Position numbers and translations under genes: made by a program | From: Azolla caroliniana | Taxonomy: Eukaryota > Plantae > Polypodiophyta | Direction: 5' to 3' | NCBI GenBank assembly: GCA_043228905.1 | Contig: JBHGNT010000002.1 | Span: 21,266,001 to 21,330,000 of the forward strand | Length of the DNA: 64,000 nucleotides | Shown here: piece after piece, positions 49,251 to 61,186 of the stretch | Layout: each line of letters begins with the position of its first letter | Position numbering within the stretch: position 1 is the stretch's first letter | The notes under the pieces: model-generated | What the model was told of the DNA's origin: nothing | Databases searched by the model: none | Seen by the model: the letters and a program-made list of their open reading frames with translations, nothing else

Positions 49251-52200
49251 CTATTCTCCCCTTAAGTCGACTATGAGTTGTAATACACTTTCTTCACTTT
49301 CCGCATCACCGCGATCTTCGTCTGATTGCTCCTCCTTGTCGGTCTTATCTAGGATCACATAGGGTTCTTCATCAGTCCGCTTTTTGAAAATCTTCACCCG
49401 TTTCCCGGCTATAGGCACTCGTAGTATCGTTCTATCCAACTCGAATAGTCGGTAAGTTCCATTGTCAAAATCTTTCCGAACCTCGTATGTCCCGAACCAC
49501 CTTTTTGTGAACTTCCACATCGTTGTACGTTGATGATCCAAACTACTGTCGTAGACAATCACCCAATCTCCTTCTTCAATCTTCCGCGGTCATAGTCGGT
49601 GCTTTGTGTCGAACTGGCTTTTATTCCGGAATCGCGCTTCTTGTTGTCGGCGTATTGCTTCCGCTATGACTTCCGGTCTTCCCTCTAGTTGTCGTATCCG
49701 ACCCGCTAGTAGTTCTACCCGGCTCATCTCTTCCTTCCACGGTAGCACTGTCCATGTCGCGATCGCGGTTTCCATTGGCATTACCGATGTTTGTCCGGTC
49801 ATGAGTTCTACCAGCATGTAACCGGTTACAGAGTTATGCGTCGTTTGATCCGCCCATAGTGCATACGGGAGCATCTGCAGCCAATCCTTCACCCTTCTGT
49901 CACATGCTTTGGCAAGTGCTTTGACGATCGGACTATGTCCTCATTCGATTTTCCCATTGGCCTCCGGATTGTATGCCATTGTTAGTGTTAATCGAACTCC
50001 ATGTTTGGTGAAGAATTCCTTAGCTTTATCAGAGTCGAGTTCTCCCCGATCCGCAATCACTTGTCCTACGCACCCATACTTGCAAAACACCTCCTCCAAA
50101 AGAAATTGGCATACTGCAGAACACGTTTTCCTTCGTAGCGCCCGACCTTCTACTTGGTTTGTGAGATCTTCCCGAGCTAACACCAAGTACTTCTTTTGTC
50201 CGATCCCGGTTGGCATGGCTACAATATCGACCATCCACTTGAAGTTGATTGTCGGTGAGAATGTCAGATGTAACTCATCTCGGTGTCAAACTCCGAAGTA
50301 GATTTGACACTTCTCGCAGCTTTCCGTGAACTCTGCTATATCTTTGTACATGTTCTTCCACCAATATTTTTGTTTGATTTTCACAAAAGTTGCCCATGTT
50401 CCTCGAGGTCCTGCCCAATCGGATTCGTGAAATTCGGACATTATCCGGTTTCGTTGCTCTTTCGTCCCAACTACCCGAAGTGGTATGCCATCTGGTCTTT
50501 TCAGCCTCCTCCATATTAATCCATTTTTCAAGAAGAACTTTCGGACTTGTCACTTCTTACTTCGGATCTCGACTCTCTTCTCTTTATTGTCCGATGATTC
50601 CTCGATTTCTTGTAGCACTTTCCCAATCAGCAAGCTTTCTCCCTCGTATTCTTCTTCTCGGAATTCTCGGATTACATTCGCCTGGCATATGTGCTCCGAA
50701 GCAAAGTAGTCTTCGGAAACTTCTTCATTATCAGATTCGGTTATGTCATCTCCGAACCACGCCCTTGATAGCATATCCGCTACCACGTTGTCTTTTCCGG
50801 AGATGTGTCATACCTCCGGATTAAGTGACTTAACATATGCAATCCACCTTAGCATAGCCACATCCGGTATCGTGCAACACCGCATCATCCCGAGTATCGG
50901 AAGACAATCCGTTTCAATCACTACTTTGGCTCCGATCAAATAATCTCGATCTGATTTTATTGCTGACACGACTCCCCATAATTCTCTTTTGACTTGTGCA
51001 TATCCATGTTGCCTTTCGTTGAGAAGCGTTACCTTGAATCGGATCGGATATCGCGAACCATCCGAGTCGGCTTGACTGATGACCCATCCGATCCCGGTTG
51101 GGCTTGTATCAACCGTTACTATAACCAGTCGGTCATAGTTCGGCTTCTTTAGTGCTTTTGCCCTCCAAGTGATTTCTTGGGCTTCTTCATGGCTTTGGTA
51201 TGCTCTGGTTTCCATTCAAACTTCTTCCCCTTCCACAACAAGTGATAGAGTGGGTCCGCAATATGTGCATAGTGCGGAATCCATATGTGATAGAATGCAC
51301 ATGCTCCAAGAAACCTTCGGACTTCGGATTGTGACTCGCATACTTCTTTCATAGCTTGAATCGCCTCGATCTTGGTTGGTGACAGTCTTCGGCGGTAGGG
51401 CCCACATAGATGTCTGACTACCAATCTTTCTTCTTGCCCGAATGCCAATTTCTCACTGGAAAGTGTTAGGTGCACATCTTCTAACTTTCGAAGCACTTTC
51501 TCGCAATCACGAATATGGTCGACTACGAACTTTCGGCATCCCCGATCATCCATAGTTTCATCTTTTTCTTCTACCGCACATCCTTTCATCGTAATGTCAT
51601 CTAGGAATGGCATCGTTATCTCCGGAATGTAGTCTCAAAGCACCTTGTTCATTGCATTCATCATATGTGCGACCGAGTTCGTCACGGCTTGTGGTAGCGT
51701 ACACATCTGGACTAATCCTATCGGTGTCCGCATGGTAGTGATGTCTCGGCTCTCCACGGCTAGTTGGAATTGGTCATACCTCGAGTATAGGTCTCCGATG
51801 GAGTATATCGCACAACCGGCAAATGCTTCCGCAAATTCGTCCACTATCAGACCAACTCCAGAGTTCCGGATCCTGACCTTGTTCACCGGTTGCAAGTCTT
51901 GGATAAATCGGAGTGACCCATTCTTCTTTGGAACCGTAAACCATCGATTTGAGTACGAAGCGTTTGATGGCTCTAGAATCCCCATCGCCACCTTCTCCTT
52001 GAGCAAGTCGATGATTTTGGGAATATGCGCCCGCGGCACCGGAATCGGCTTCAGGTTCCACGGCACATGGTCAATCGTGAAGATCACCATCGGCTCCACT
52101 ATCTTCGGATCAACGCACCCTATCTCCTTCGATGTGAATGCAAATGCTTTCCCATATTGTTCCAACATCCCACGGAATCGTTCTTCTTCATTTTGTAAAA

Positions 52201-54284
52201 GGAAACCACCTCCACCGATCTAAAGTTTCTTCCGGGTCTCATCCGTGAAGGCATGTCTGATATCCACGGACTTCCGAAGTGTCCGATCTCCCGAGACTTC
52301 TTTCCTCTTTTGTTTGCTATCAGAGGGTAGTGGTCCCGCGGCCGGTTTCACCTTCTTCTCCATGGTCTTGTATTTCGTACCTACCATTGCTTCTTCTTTG
52401 CGGAACGCATCCGGCCCCATTTTCGCAATGATCTCGTACATCTCGACCGATTCCACCGGGATTACCCGGTCTCCTTGGCTTTTATCCTCTACAAGCTCTT
52501 CAAGCCGTTGTAGCGTGCTCCCATAAAACAGTTCTTCGACTACCCCCACGATTTCTTCGTCTTCTTTTATTATTGATGCCGACTGCAACTTATCCCCTAC
52601 TTTTCGGTATTCTTTCTTCTTTCCTCCGGTTACGGCCATGTACGTAGATGCCCCATCCGGACCGATTCGTACTTGTTTTGCTCCGAGAGTTTTCTTCCTG
52701 TGTGGGGTATCAGGGCTTCTCGGACTATCACTTCCCCACTCCGCAACAATCCGCTCTAAAAATCCATCCTTGTTTGGGACAACAGCTCTCTCTTGTTCCT
52801 TTCATGATTTGCTAGCACAGTTAGGAATTGGACGGATTTCCCTCCGCTTTGGCTCCGAATTCGTGCAAAAGCCGCACCGTTATCGAGCACCTTCGTCTCC
52901 ATCCATGATGCCGTGATAAATGGTTGCCCGAGGATCACGGAATGTGAGACCTCGTCTTGTACGAAGAAATTTTGGTCGATCTCGACATCCCCGATCTTCA
53001 CCGTCACATCAGGACAAGCCGCAATAGATCTTCCGTTGCTTTAGTGGCCGCCCGGATCTTCCATCCATGGTTAGTTTTTATAGGCCACTTCCCCTTCCGG
53101 TAGAACTCCTTGGACATCAAATTGATCTCCGATCTGTGATCAATCAATGCTAGCACGGGCTCTTTGATGTTGCCGATTCGGACCGGAGTCTCTGTAGTTG
53201 CACATGCCCAGTGTGGCCTTGTGTAGTGGGAGTTCCACTTCGGTGTCATTCATTAAGACGGTATTTGCATTCACCCTTGGAGCATTTCCCTCCGTACTTT
53301 GTCTTTTTCTCTTCATGAGATCCACAAGAAGATCGTGGAACTCCTTCTTTGCTATTTTGAGTAATTCCCGAAGCGAAAATTCTACCCGGCTATCAAGGAT
53401 TCTCTCTTCGAACACCTTTTTCAAGTCCGTTTGTTGTTCGATGTCCGAGGTGAGCTTGAATGCCAGAATCGTCTTTTCTTTTCCCTTCTCTCTGGAGTTC
53501 GAGCTTTCCGGTGTCTTTGATGGTCCAGCCGCATCATCCGTGCGCCATCGTTTTTCATCCACATACACTTCATGCAACTGACATAGCGCATGTACGCTAT
53601 TCTTATCTACGGGGCACTCCCATCCCGTAGCTTCCTGGATACATTCCGCGGCACTTCGGAATCCATCATGGTCGGCTTTCTTTGAAGTTTCTAGCACTTC
53701 CGGCCAAAAAGACGCCTTTGTTGCAGATGACTCCCCCACACGTATTCCCGCGGTTGTTGCATAATTGTTTTTCACCGCGATCTCCTCCTCTAGCACCTTC
53801 TTCATGCCGCCTTTTCGGAAGTTTGGTCGGAGTGGCTTCTGAGAATCCATCAAATGAATCCGATTTCCCTCGTAGTAGATAAGATCCCGTCGTAACGCCT
53901 CCTTGTGCTCGTCGCAATCTCTCCGATCATGTTCGGTGTTATCGCACCATATGCATCGACGGTCCATGAACTTGGAACTTGTGGGACGGTCTTCCGTCTT
54001 CTTCACCATCGCGATTTTCAAATTCTCCATCTTCTCCAGCAATTGCTCCACCGTGGTTGTGTCGATTTCCTTCTCAATCGTAGTCTCCCGAGCCCGCGGT
54101 TAATGGTCTTCCAAACCAGATCTCGCTTCGGATTTGGTTCCAAAACCCTCTTTTCTTTGTTAGCAAGCCATTGCCCCCTCTTTGTATATTGTGCGACGAT
54201 ATCTCGCACGTTATCCCATGTATCGGTGAGACCACTCTCGGTGGTCGTGTCCTCCAGAAGCACTCCAAGATCCTTCTGGTCCCG
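49251..54284 (-). pseudogene. pol: Gag C-terminus, protease, RT, RNase H and integrase of G
   Basis: CIWCDNTEHDRRDC, IDHRSEINLM, SNRWFTVPKKNG, PFLDD, VTVDTSPTGIGW, AYNPEANGKIE. Confidence 0.93.
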
Positions 54285-54834
54285 TGTTGAGAAGCAAGCT
54301 CAACATGGTATGTGATGCTTATTGGGAAATAAGCTATAGTAGCTATTTAGCTACTTGTGAACATAAAGGAGAAACAGCTAATTAGCTACATATGTAAGTA
54401 ACTTATTACTTAGGTAAAAAGTAAGAGAGTAGGTAAGTGAGAAATATACAGGAAGTAGAACTCTGAGAGAGAGAGTGAGGATAGAGAGGAAGAACTCAGA
54501 GAGGGAGAGTAGAAGAGAGAAACAGACGAGAGCAAGTAGAGCTCTGCGTGTAATGAAGTAGAAGAAGTTTTGGCTGCTACAGAGGTAAGTCTCCTTCCCC
54601 CTTCCCTTCTGTGTTTGAGCACCAAACGATCCACCACACCACGATCCGTCGCGCACATAAGAAGAGCCCGAGTGCCATCTTCACGTTTTCTTAACATGGT
54701 ACCAGAGCGAGTTGCTCATAAAGAAGAGTACAGAAGTGCATAGATCTGAGAAAGGTATTTCTCTATTGGCTGATCTAAATCTGAAAGTTACTTGTTGAAG
54801 TAATCGTAGCAGAAACCCTAGTTTGGAAGAGATA

Positions 54835-57800
54835 ATGGTTGCAGAGAATGCGGGCCAATAGTTACAGAGAAACTAGATAAAAACAATTTCCCGGCGTGGA
54901 AATTTAGAATGAAAAATTTCCTGATGGGGAAAGGATACTGGGATTACATTGAAGGAGACCTAGAAGAGGCTCCAGAGATCCCAGAAGAAAATGCCATAGC
55001 AGCACAGATTAAAGCATTCAAAGATTGGAATCAAAGGGCAAGGAAGGTAATGCATTGGCTCTCACTTAGCATCTCAGATTCGATGCTTGGGCACATACAG
55101 GATGCTATGCTCCCAAAAGAAGCTTGGGACAGTTTGGTAAAACTGTTTGCAGTAAACACAAAAGCTAGAAAGCTACAGTTGAAGACTGAGCTAAATACCT
55201 TAGAAAAAGGTAAGATGTCAATAAATGAGTATGCTTTGAATATAAAGAGCATATGTGAATCACTTGCTTCTATAAATGTAAAGATAGAAGATGATGATAA
55301 GGTAGAAATATGCTTGAGAAGCTTAGGACCTCAATACAAAAGCTTTAAAACCTCTATGCTTACAAGGGATAGTATCCCAAGTTTTCCAAATCTGGTTTCA
55401 ATGCTTGTAGTAGAAGAAAGGAATCAGATGGATGATGTAAATAAAGGAAATCTTGAGAATGAGGGCGAGGAAGAGGCCATGAAAGATTTGGCTCAGCAAG
55501 AACCAACAATAATGGTTATCAAGGAAGAGGACAACAAACCATTAGAGGCCGAGGAAGAGGCCATGAAAGATTTGGCTCAGCAAGAACCAACAATAATGGT
55601 TATCAAGGAAGAGGACAACAAACCATTAGAGGCCGAGGAAGAGGCCATGAAAGATTTGGCTCAGCAAGAACCAACAATAATGGTTATCAAGGAAGAGGAC
55701 AACAAACCATTAGAGGAAGAAACAACAACAGAGGCAGGGGGAGCAACCAAGGTAGAGGTAAGCAAACATATGTAAATGATGATGGTTGTTGGTATTGTGG
55801 AAAACTAGGCCACACAGAGGCTGAATGTTACAAGAAGCAAAATAATGGTTATCAAGGAAGAGGACAACAAACCATTAGAGGAAAAAACAACAACGGAGGC
55901 AGGGGGACCAACCAAGGTAGAGGTGCTGGAAGAGGCCGAGGAAGAGGCCATGAAAGATTTGGCTTAGCAAGAACCAACAATAATGGTTATCAAGGAAGAG
56001 GACAACAAACCATTAGAGGAAGAAACAACAACAGAGGCAGGGGGAGCAACCAAGGTAGAGGTAAGAAAACATATGTAAATGATGATGGTTGTTGGTATTG
56101 TGGAAAACTAGGCCACACAGAGGCTGAATGTTACAAGAAGCAAAATGATGAGCAAAGAGGAAAGAGACAGCAGAATAACTATGCCCAAAGTAGTGAAGAT
56201 TGTGAAAAAGATGGTGCATTTGTGGTACAACATGAGATAGCAGCAGTGGCTGAAAGCTCACACAAATGTAATGAAGAGTTTACATGGTATGTAGACTCGG
56301 GGGCATCTAACCATATGATTGGACATGCAAACTGGAGAACCAGAGATTCCTGGCTATGTACAGATGGGTGATAATAGTACTCACCAAATAGAACATGTTG
56401 GAGATATCCCATTGTGGGAAGAAAAAGGAAAGACTAAGTATATGTTGAATGTAATGCATGTTCCAAATCTTGCTAAGAATCTGATTTCAGTTGGATAGAT
56501 AGTAGAGCAAGGTATGCAAGTAAAGTTTAAGCAAAGTGGATGCTATATAGAAAAGAATGGGAAGCTCATTGCAAAAGGAAAATGACAAGGAAGAATGTTT
56601 ATTTTGGATGTTGACATGCCTAGACAGATTTCAGCTATGTTTGCAAATGGAATGAGTGTATTCTCAGATGTGGAAATGTGGCATAAAAGGATTGGCCACA
56701 TAAGTATGCAAACCCTAAAGAATATGTTGAGAAAAGATGCCATGGCTAGACTGCCAAAACTGAAAAATTGTGAAATGGGAAAGATATGTGAAGCATGCCA
56801 ATATGGAAAGCAAAATAGGTTGTCATTCCCTCATGAAAGACATGTAAGTAAAAATTTGTTGGATTTGGTACATATGGATGTATGGGGACCAACTAAGAAT
56901 GCATCTATCGGTGGCTGCAGATTCTATGTAACCTTTATTGATGATTGCTCAAGGAAAACATGGGTGTACTTCATGAAAGAGAAAAGTGAAGTGTTTGAAT
57001 GTTTTCGTAAGTTTAAATGCATGGTAGAAAAGTAGGCAAGTACAAGAATAAAATGTTTAAGATCTTATGGAGGAGGAGAGTATTTCTCCAATGAATTTTC
57101 TGATTTTCTATGCAATCAGGGAATAAGAAGACAGTTCACATGTAGATATACTCCACAGCAAAATGGAGTTGCTGAGAGGAAAAACAGAACATTGGTGAAC
57201 ATTGCAAGGGCTTTGATGACAGAGAAGAATATGCCATTGTACTATTGGGCACAAGCTGTAAATACAACAAATTATATTCTAAATAGATGTATAACATCGG
57301 GAGTACATGAAGCAACTCCTGAAGAGTGTTTCTATGGAAGGAAACCTAGTTTAGAACACTAAAAAGTGTTTGGATGCCTTGCATATGTACATGTGCCTGC
57401 AGAAGTAAGAAGTAAGTTGGATCCAAAAGCAGAAAAATGTATTTTTGTTGGCTATTCAGAAAAACAAAAAGGGTATAGATGCTATAAGCCCCTAACAAAG
57501 AAGATTGTGACAAATAGGGATATAATCTTTGATGAGTTAGCTAGTTGGTACAGTCCAAAACAAAATCCAGAGACTGATGAAGACAATGAGATTGAAGACA
57601 GAGACAAATCTGAAAATGTAGAAGACTGCCACAGAGATGGAAGCAAGGTTGGACAGCAAAGTCCAACATCAACTGAATGTTCTGGACCATGAAAAAGCTC
57701 AGATGGTAAATCTGATTCGAATTCTTGGAGTGGAAAAAGTGGAGGACACAAAAAATGTGATGATAAAAAAGGAAAACAGAAAATGCTAGAGTATGAAATG

Positions 57801-59560
57801 TTGGATGACTTGTCTAAAAACATGGAAGATGAGGATTCAGATATGTCATTGGATGATTTTCTTGGTATAAGAGGATTGAAAATCCCTGGTATGGAAAAAG
57901 CATTGAAGGATGCAAATCAGAAACTGAGAAGATCAGATAGAGAGAAAAAAACTGTTGAAAGATTTGGTTATGATACATATATGGCTATGCATTATGCATA
58001 TATGTCTAAGGTGGTACAAATCCCTGATCCAAGTAGTTTTGATGAGGCTAAAACTGAGAAGAAATGGTGGATGCAATGCAAGAAGAGATTGATGCATTGG
58101 CTGAAAACAAAACATGGGATTTGGTGAAGTTACCAAAAGGAAAAAATGTGGTAGGTTGCAAATGGGTCTACAAGACAAAGCATGATTCCAGTGGGAATGT
58201 AAGTAGACATAAAGCAAGATTGGTTGCAAAGGGATATGCCCAAATGCAAGGAATTGATTATGATGAGACATTTGCACCGGTTGCAAAGATGGCAACATTG
58301 AGGACATTACTGGCTGTAGGTGCAGCCAGAAGATGGTTTCTTCATCATATGGATGTAAAAAATGTTTTTTTACATGGTAACTTGGAAGAAGAAGTGTATA
58401 TGTGTCAACCACCAAGTTTTGAAGATAGGAAGCATCCAGATTATGTATGTAAGCTGAAAAAGGCTCTCTATGGACTGAAACAGGCACCAAGAGCATGGCA
58501 CAGAGAACTTTCAGATTATCTGAAAAAACTTGACTTCAAAATGTCAAAGGTTGATTCATCATTGTATGTTAAAAGGAAATATGATTGTATTGTTGTGATT
58601 CTAATTTATGTTGATGATCTCATCATTGGAGGTGATTCCATGGATGAAATAAGTAAGTTGAAAAGAAATTTGGAAATGCAATTTCATATGAAAGATTTGG
58701 GAGATCTGAGATATTTTTTGGGTATTGAAATCATCATATCTAAAAGTGGTATATATGTGTTGCAAAGACAATATGCAACAACTATGTTGAAAAAGTATGG
58801 TATGCTTGGATGCAAACCTATTGGAGTACCACTAGATAAAAACTGCAAATTGAGGGCTGATTTGGGAGCCAAAATAGAAGATGTAAACATGTATAGGTCT
58901 ATGGTGGGCAACCTTATTTATTTGACCATAACAAGACTTGATTTGAGTTATGCAGTTGGATTAGTCAGCCAATTTATGCAACAGCCAACAAAGCCGCATT
59001 TGGACTGCATTAGAATAATTTTGAGGTATGTAAAAGCTACTCAGAACTATGGATTGTATTACAGGGCTGATTTAGACATAAATTTGGAAGGATATACAGA
59101 TGCTGATTGGGCTGGAAGCCAAACAGATAGAAGATCCACAAGTGGATATATGTTTACATTGGGAAGTGCAGGTATTTCATGGAGTAGCAAGAAACAAGCT
59201 ACTGTTGCATTGTCTAGTACTGAAGTTGAGTACAGAGGAACCGCCATAGCCACTTGTGAGGAGGTATGGATCAGAAGATTGCTTGCTGATTTGGGAGAGT
59301 ATATAGATGGTACTGTCACAATCTGGTGTGACAATATGAGTAGCATTCAGCTTGCAAAAAACCCAATGTTCCATGCAAGAACAAAGCACATTGAAGTGCA
59401 TTATCACTTTGTTAGAGAAAAAGTGATTGAAGGAGAAGTTGATCTGGTGTATGTGAATACAAATCAGCAGGTTGCTGATATTCTCACAAAGGGATTGAGT
59501 GTGGAAAAGCATACATAGTTTCGGAACATGATGGGAGTTGTAGACACTGATATGATGGCT
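54835..59560 (+). pseudogene. pol: Gag-pol of L
   Basis: KLDKNNF gag, duplicated CWYCGKLGHTEAEC, WYVDSGASNHM, FIDDCSR, LIYVDDL, YTDADWAG, KHIEVHYHF. Confidence 0.94.
55461..56145 (+). repeat. 84-bp tandem repeats and a larger duplication in the gag of L
   Basis: Units start at 55461, 55545 and 55629, with another near 55933; zinc-knuckle DNA occurs at about 55786 and 56089. Confidence 0.92.
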
Positions 59561-60092
59561 GAAAAGCATCATGGAAAAGAAGTTGTAGATAACCCCAAGA
59601 AAGAATAAGTTGAGCTTGAGGGGGAGTGTTGAGAAGCAAGCTCAACATGGTATGTGATGCTTATTGGGAAATAAGCTATAGTAGCTATTTAGCTACTTGT
59701 GAACATAAAGGAGAAACAACTAATTAGCTACTGACAGCTATTTAGCGACTGATAGCTAATTAGCTACAGGCAGCTAATTAGCTGCATATGTAAGTAACTT
59801 ATTACTTAGGTGAAAAGTAAGAGAGTAGGTAAGTGAGAAATATACAGGAAGTAGAACTCTGAGAGAGAGAGTGAGGATGGAGAGGAAGAACTCAGAGAGT
59901 GAGAGTAAAAGAGAGAAACAGACGAGAGCAAGTAGAGCTCTGCGTGTAATGAAGTAGAAGAAGTTTTGGCTACTACAGAGGTAAGTCTCCTTCCCCCTTC
60001 CCTTCTGTGTTTGAGCACCAAACGATCCAGCACACCACGATCCGCCGCGCACATAAGAAGAGCCCGAGTGCCTTCTTCACGTTTTCTTAACA

Positions 60093-60616
60093 TCCTGGAC
60101 GTCTACAGCTCGTAAGAACATGATAACTTTGTCCAGTGCGAGGATAGCTTGATCTCTCGCAGACAACCTCCCGGACCGACTTTCGAATGCTGAAAACACA
60201 TCGGGGGCCTTCATCCCCTTGTCCGGCGTTTCCACCCAATCCTTGAATCCTCTCCGCATTGCCTTGGTGGAGTCCTCGATAGTGAGCGTGGTCTTTAGCG
60301 CCTCTTCAAACGCTTCCCACGTCGGATTTTGTTGTCGTAGCCCGTGGATACTTGCTTGAAGCCCGTCGGTAGCTACCCAGTTGAAGGATGTCACTTGTAG
60401 TCCTTCCGAAATCCCGCACTGTATCATTTCCGCCTTGTAGTCCTGAAGATAGCGTGATACGTCCTTTCCGTTCAATTGCCCGATCCGTTGCACGAGCCAC
60501 TCTACTGCCGCCGCTATCTCCGACGTCGCGCGTTCTTCTTGAAGCATCCGCTCGAACGTCATCATCATGTTGTTAGCCTCCGGTTTATTTTCCATCTCCA
60601 TGCCACCCGTGTTCAC
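60093..60616 (-). pseudogene. gag: Gag N-terminus of G
   Basis: ORF 60077-60616 starts next to the Trp PBS and continues at 54284 once L is removed. Confidence 0.85.
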
Positions 60617-61110
60617 GTTGGGTTCACCACTTGTGTCGTTCCTTTTGGCGCCGGATCGTTTGCGTGAGTCGGGTGGGAACCGCTGGGCTTTTGGACTAGG
60701 AGAAAGAAGAATATGAGATAATGTTAGTTAGGAAGAGATTGTAAGAAGAAGATATGAAACTCGTGAATCCCACAAGTATAATGTATCAATGGGTAATTAG
60801 ATTGTAAGAGAGAATTAGATGGTAAAATCGTGAATCCCACGAATATTTTGTATTAATCAATCCTTCTAAAAAAAAATCAACAACACTATACATCTTTCTC
60901 TCTTCCTTATATAGTGTTGGAAGAGTCTAAGTTTATCACATGCAAGCATCATGCTTTTCCTAACTTTAGTTTTCATGCACACTACATGTGCATGATTAAC
61001 TTTCTATCCTATCTTTTCTTTTAACTCGAGTGTGTATGCATGAATAACATTTTGTACCATGCATATCTAGACAATTTAAATGGGATAAAGTTTAGTATAA
61101 CTTTACAATT

Positions 61111-61186
61111 CATAGTATGCTAGTATAGTGGTAATGTTGGGGTTTGTCTACGTGGGGGTACAGGGTTTGAATCTTGCCCTATGCAC
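61111..61186 (+). other. tRNA-like A-box/B-box cassette in the 5' LTR of G
   Basis: TAGTATAGTGG at 61121, GGTTTGAATC at 61164. Confidence 0.6.

Larger units (their letters stand above)
54285..60092 (+). mobile_element. Element L: near full-length AT-rich Ty1/copia inserted in the gag of G
   Basis: LTRs 54285-54696 and 59627-60092; TSD TCCCG/TCCTG; PBS TGGTACCAGAGC at 54697; PPT TTGAGGGGGAG. Confidence 0.95.

Noticed and set aside
51645-52223. Long antisense ORFs opposite RT regions
   Set aside because: Shadow frames of pol coding sequence.
55461-55775. Novel acidic repeat protein EEEAMKDLAQQEPTIMV from the ORF track
   Set aside because: It is a shifted-frame reading of the RG-rich gag repeat.
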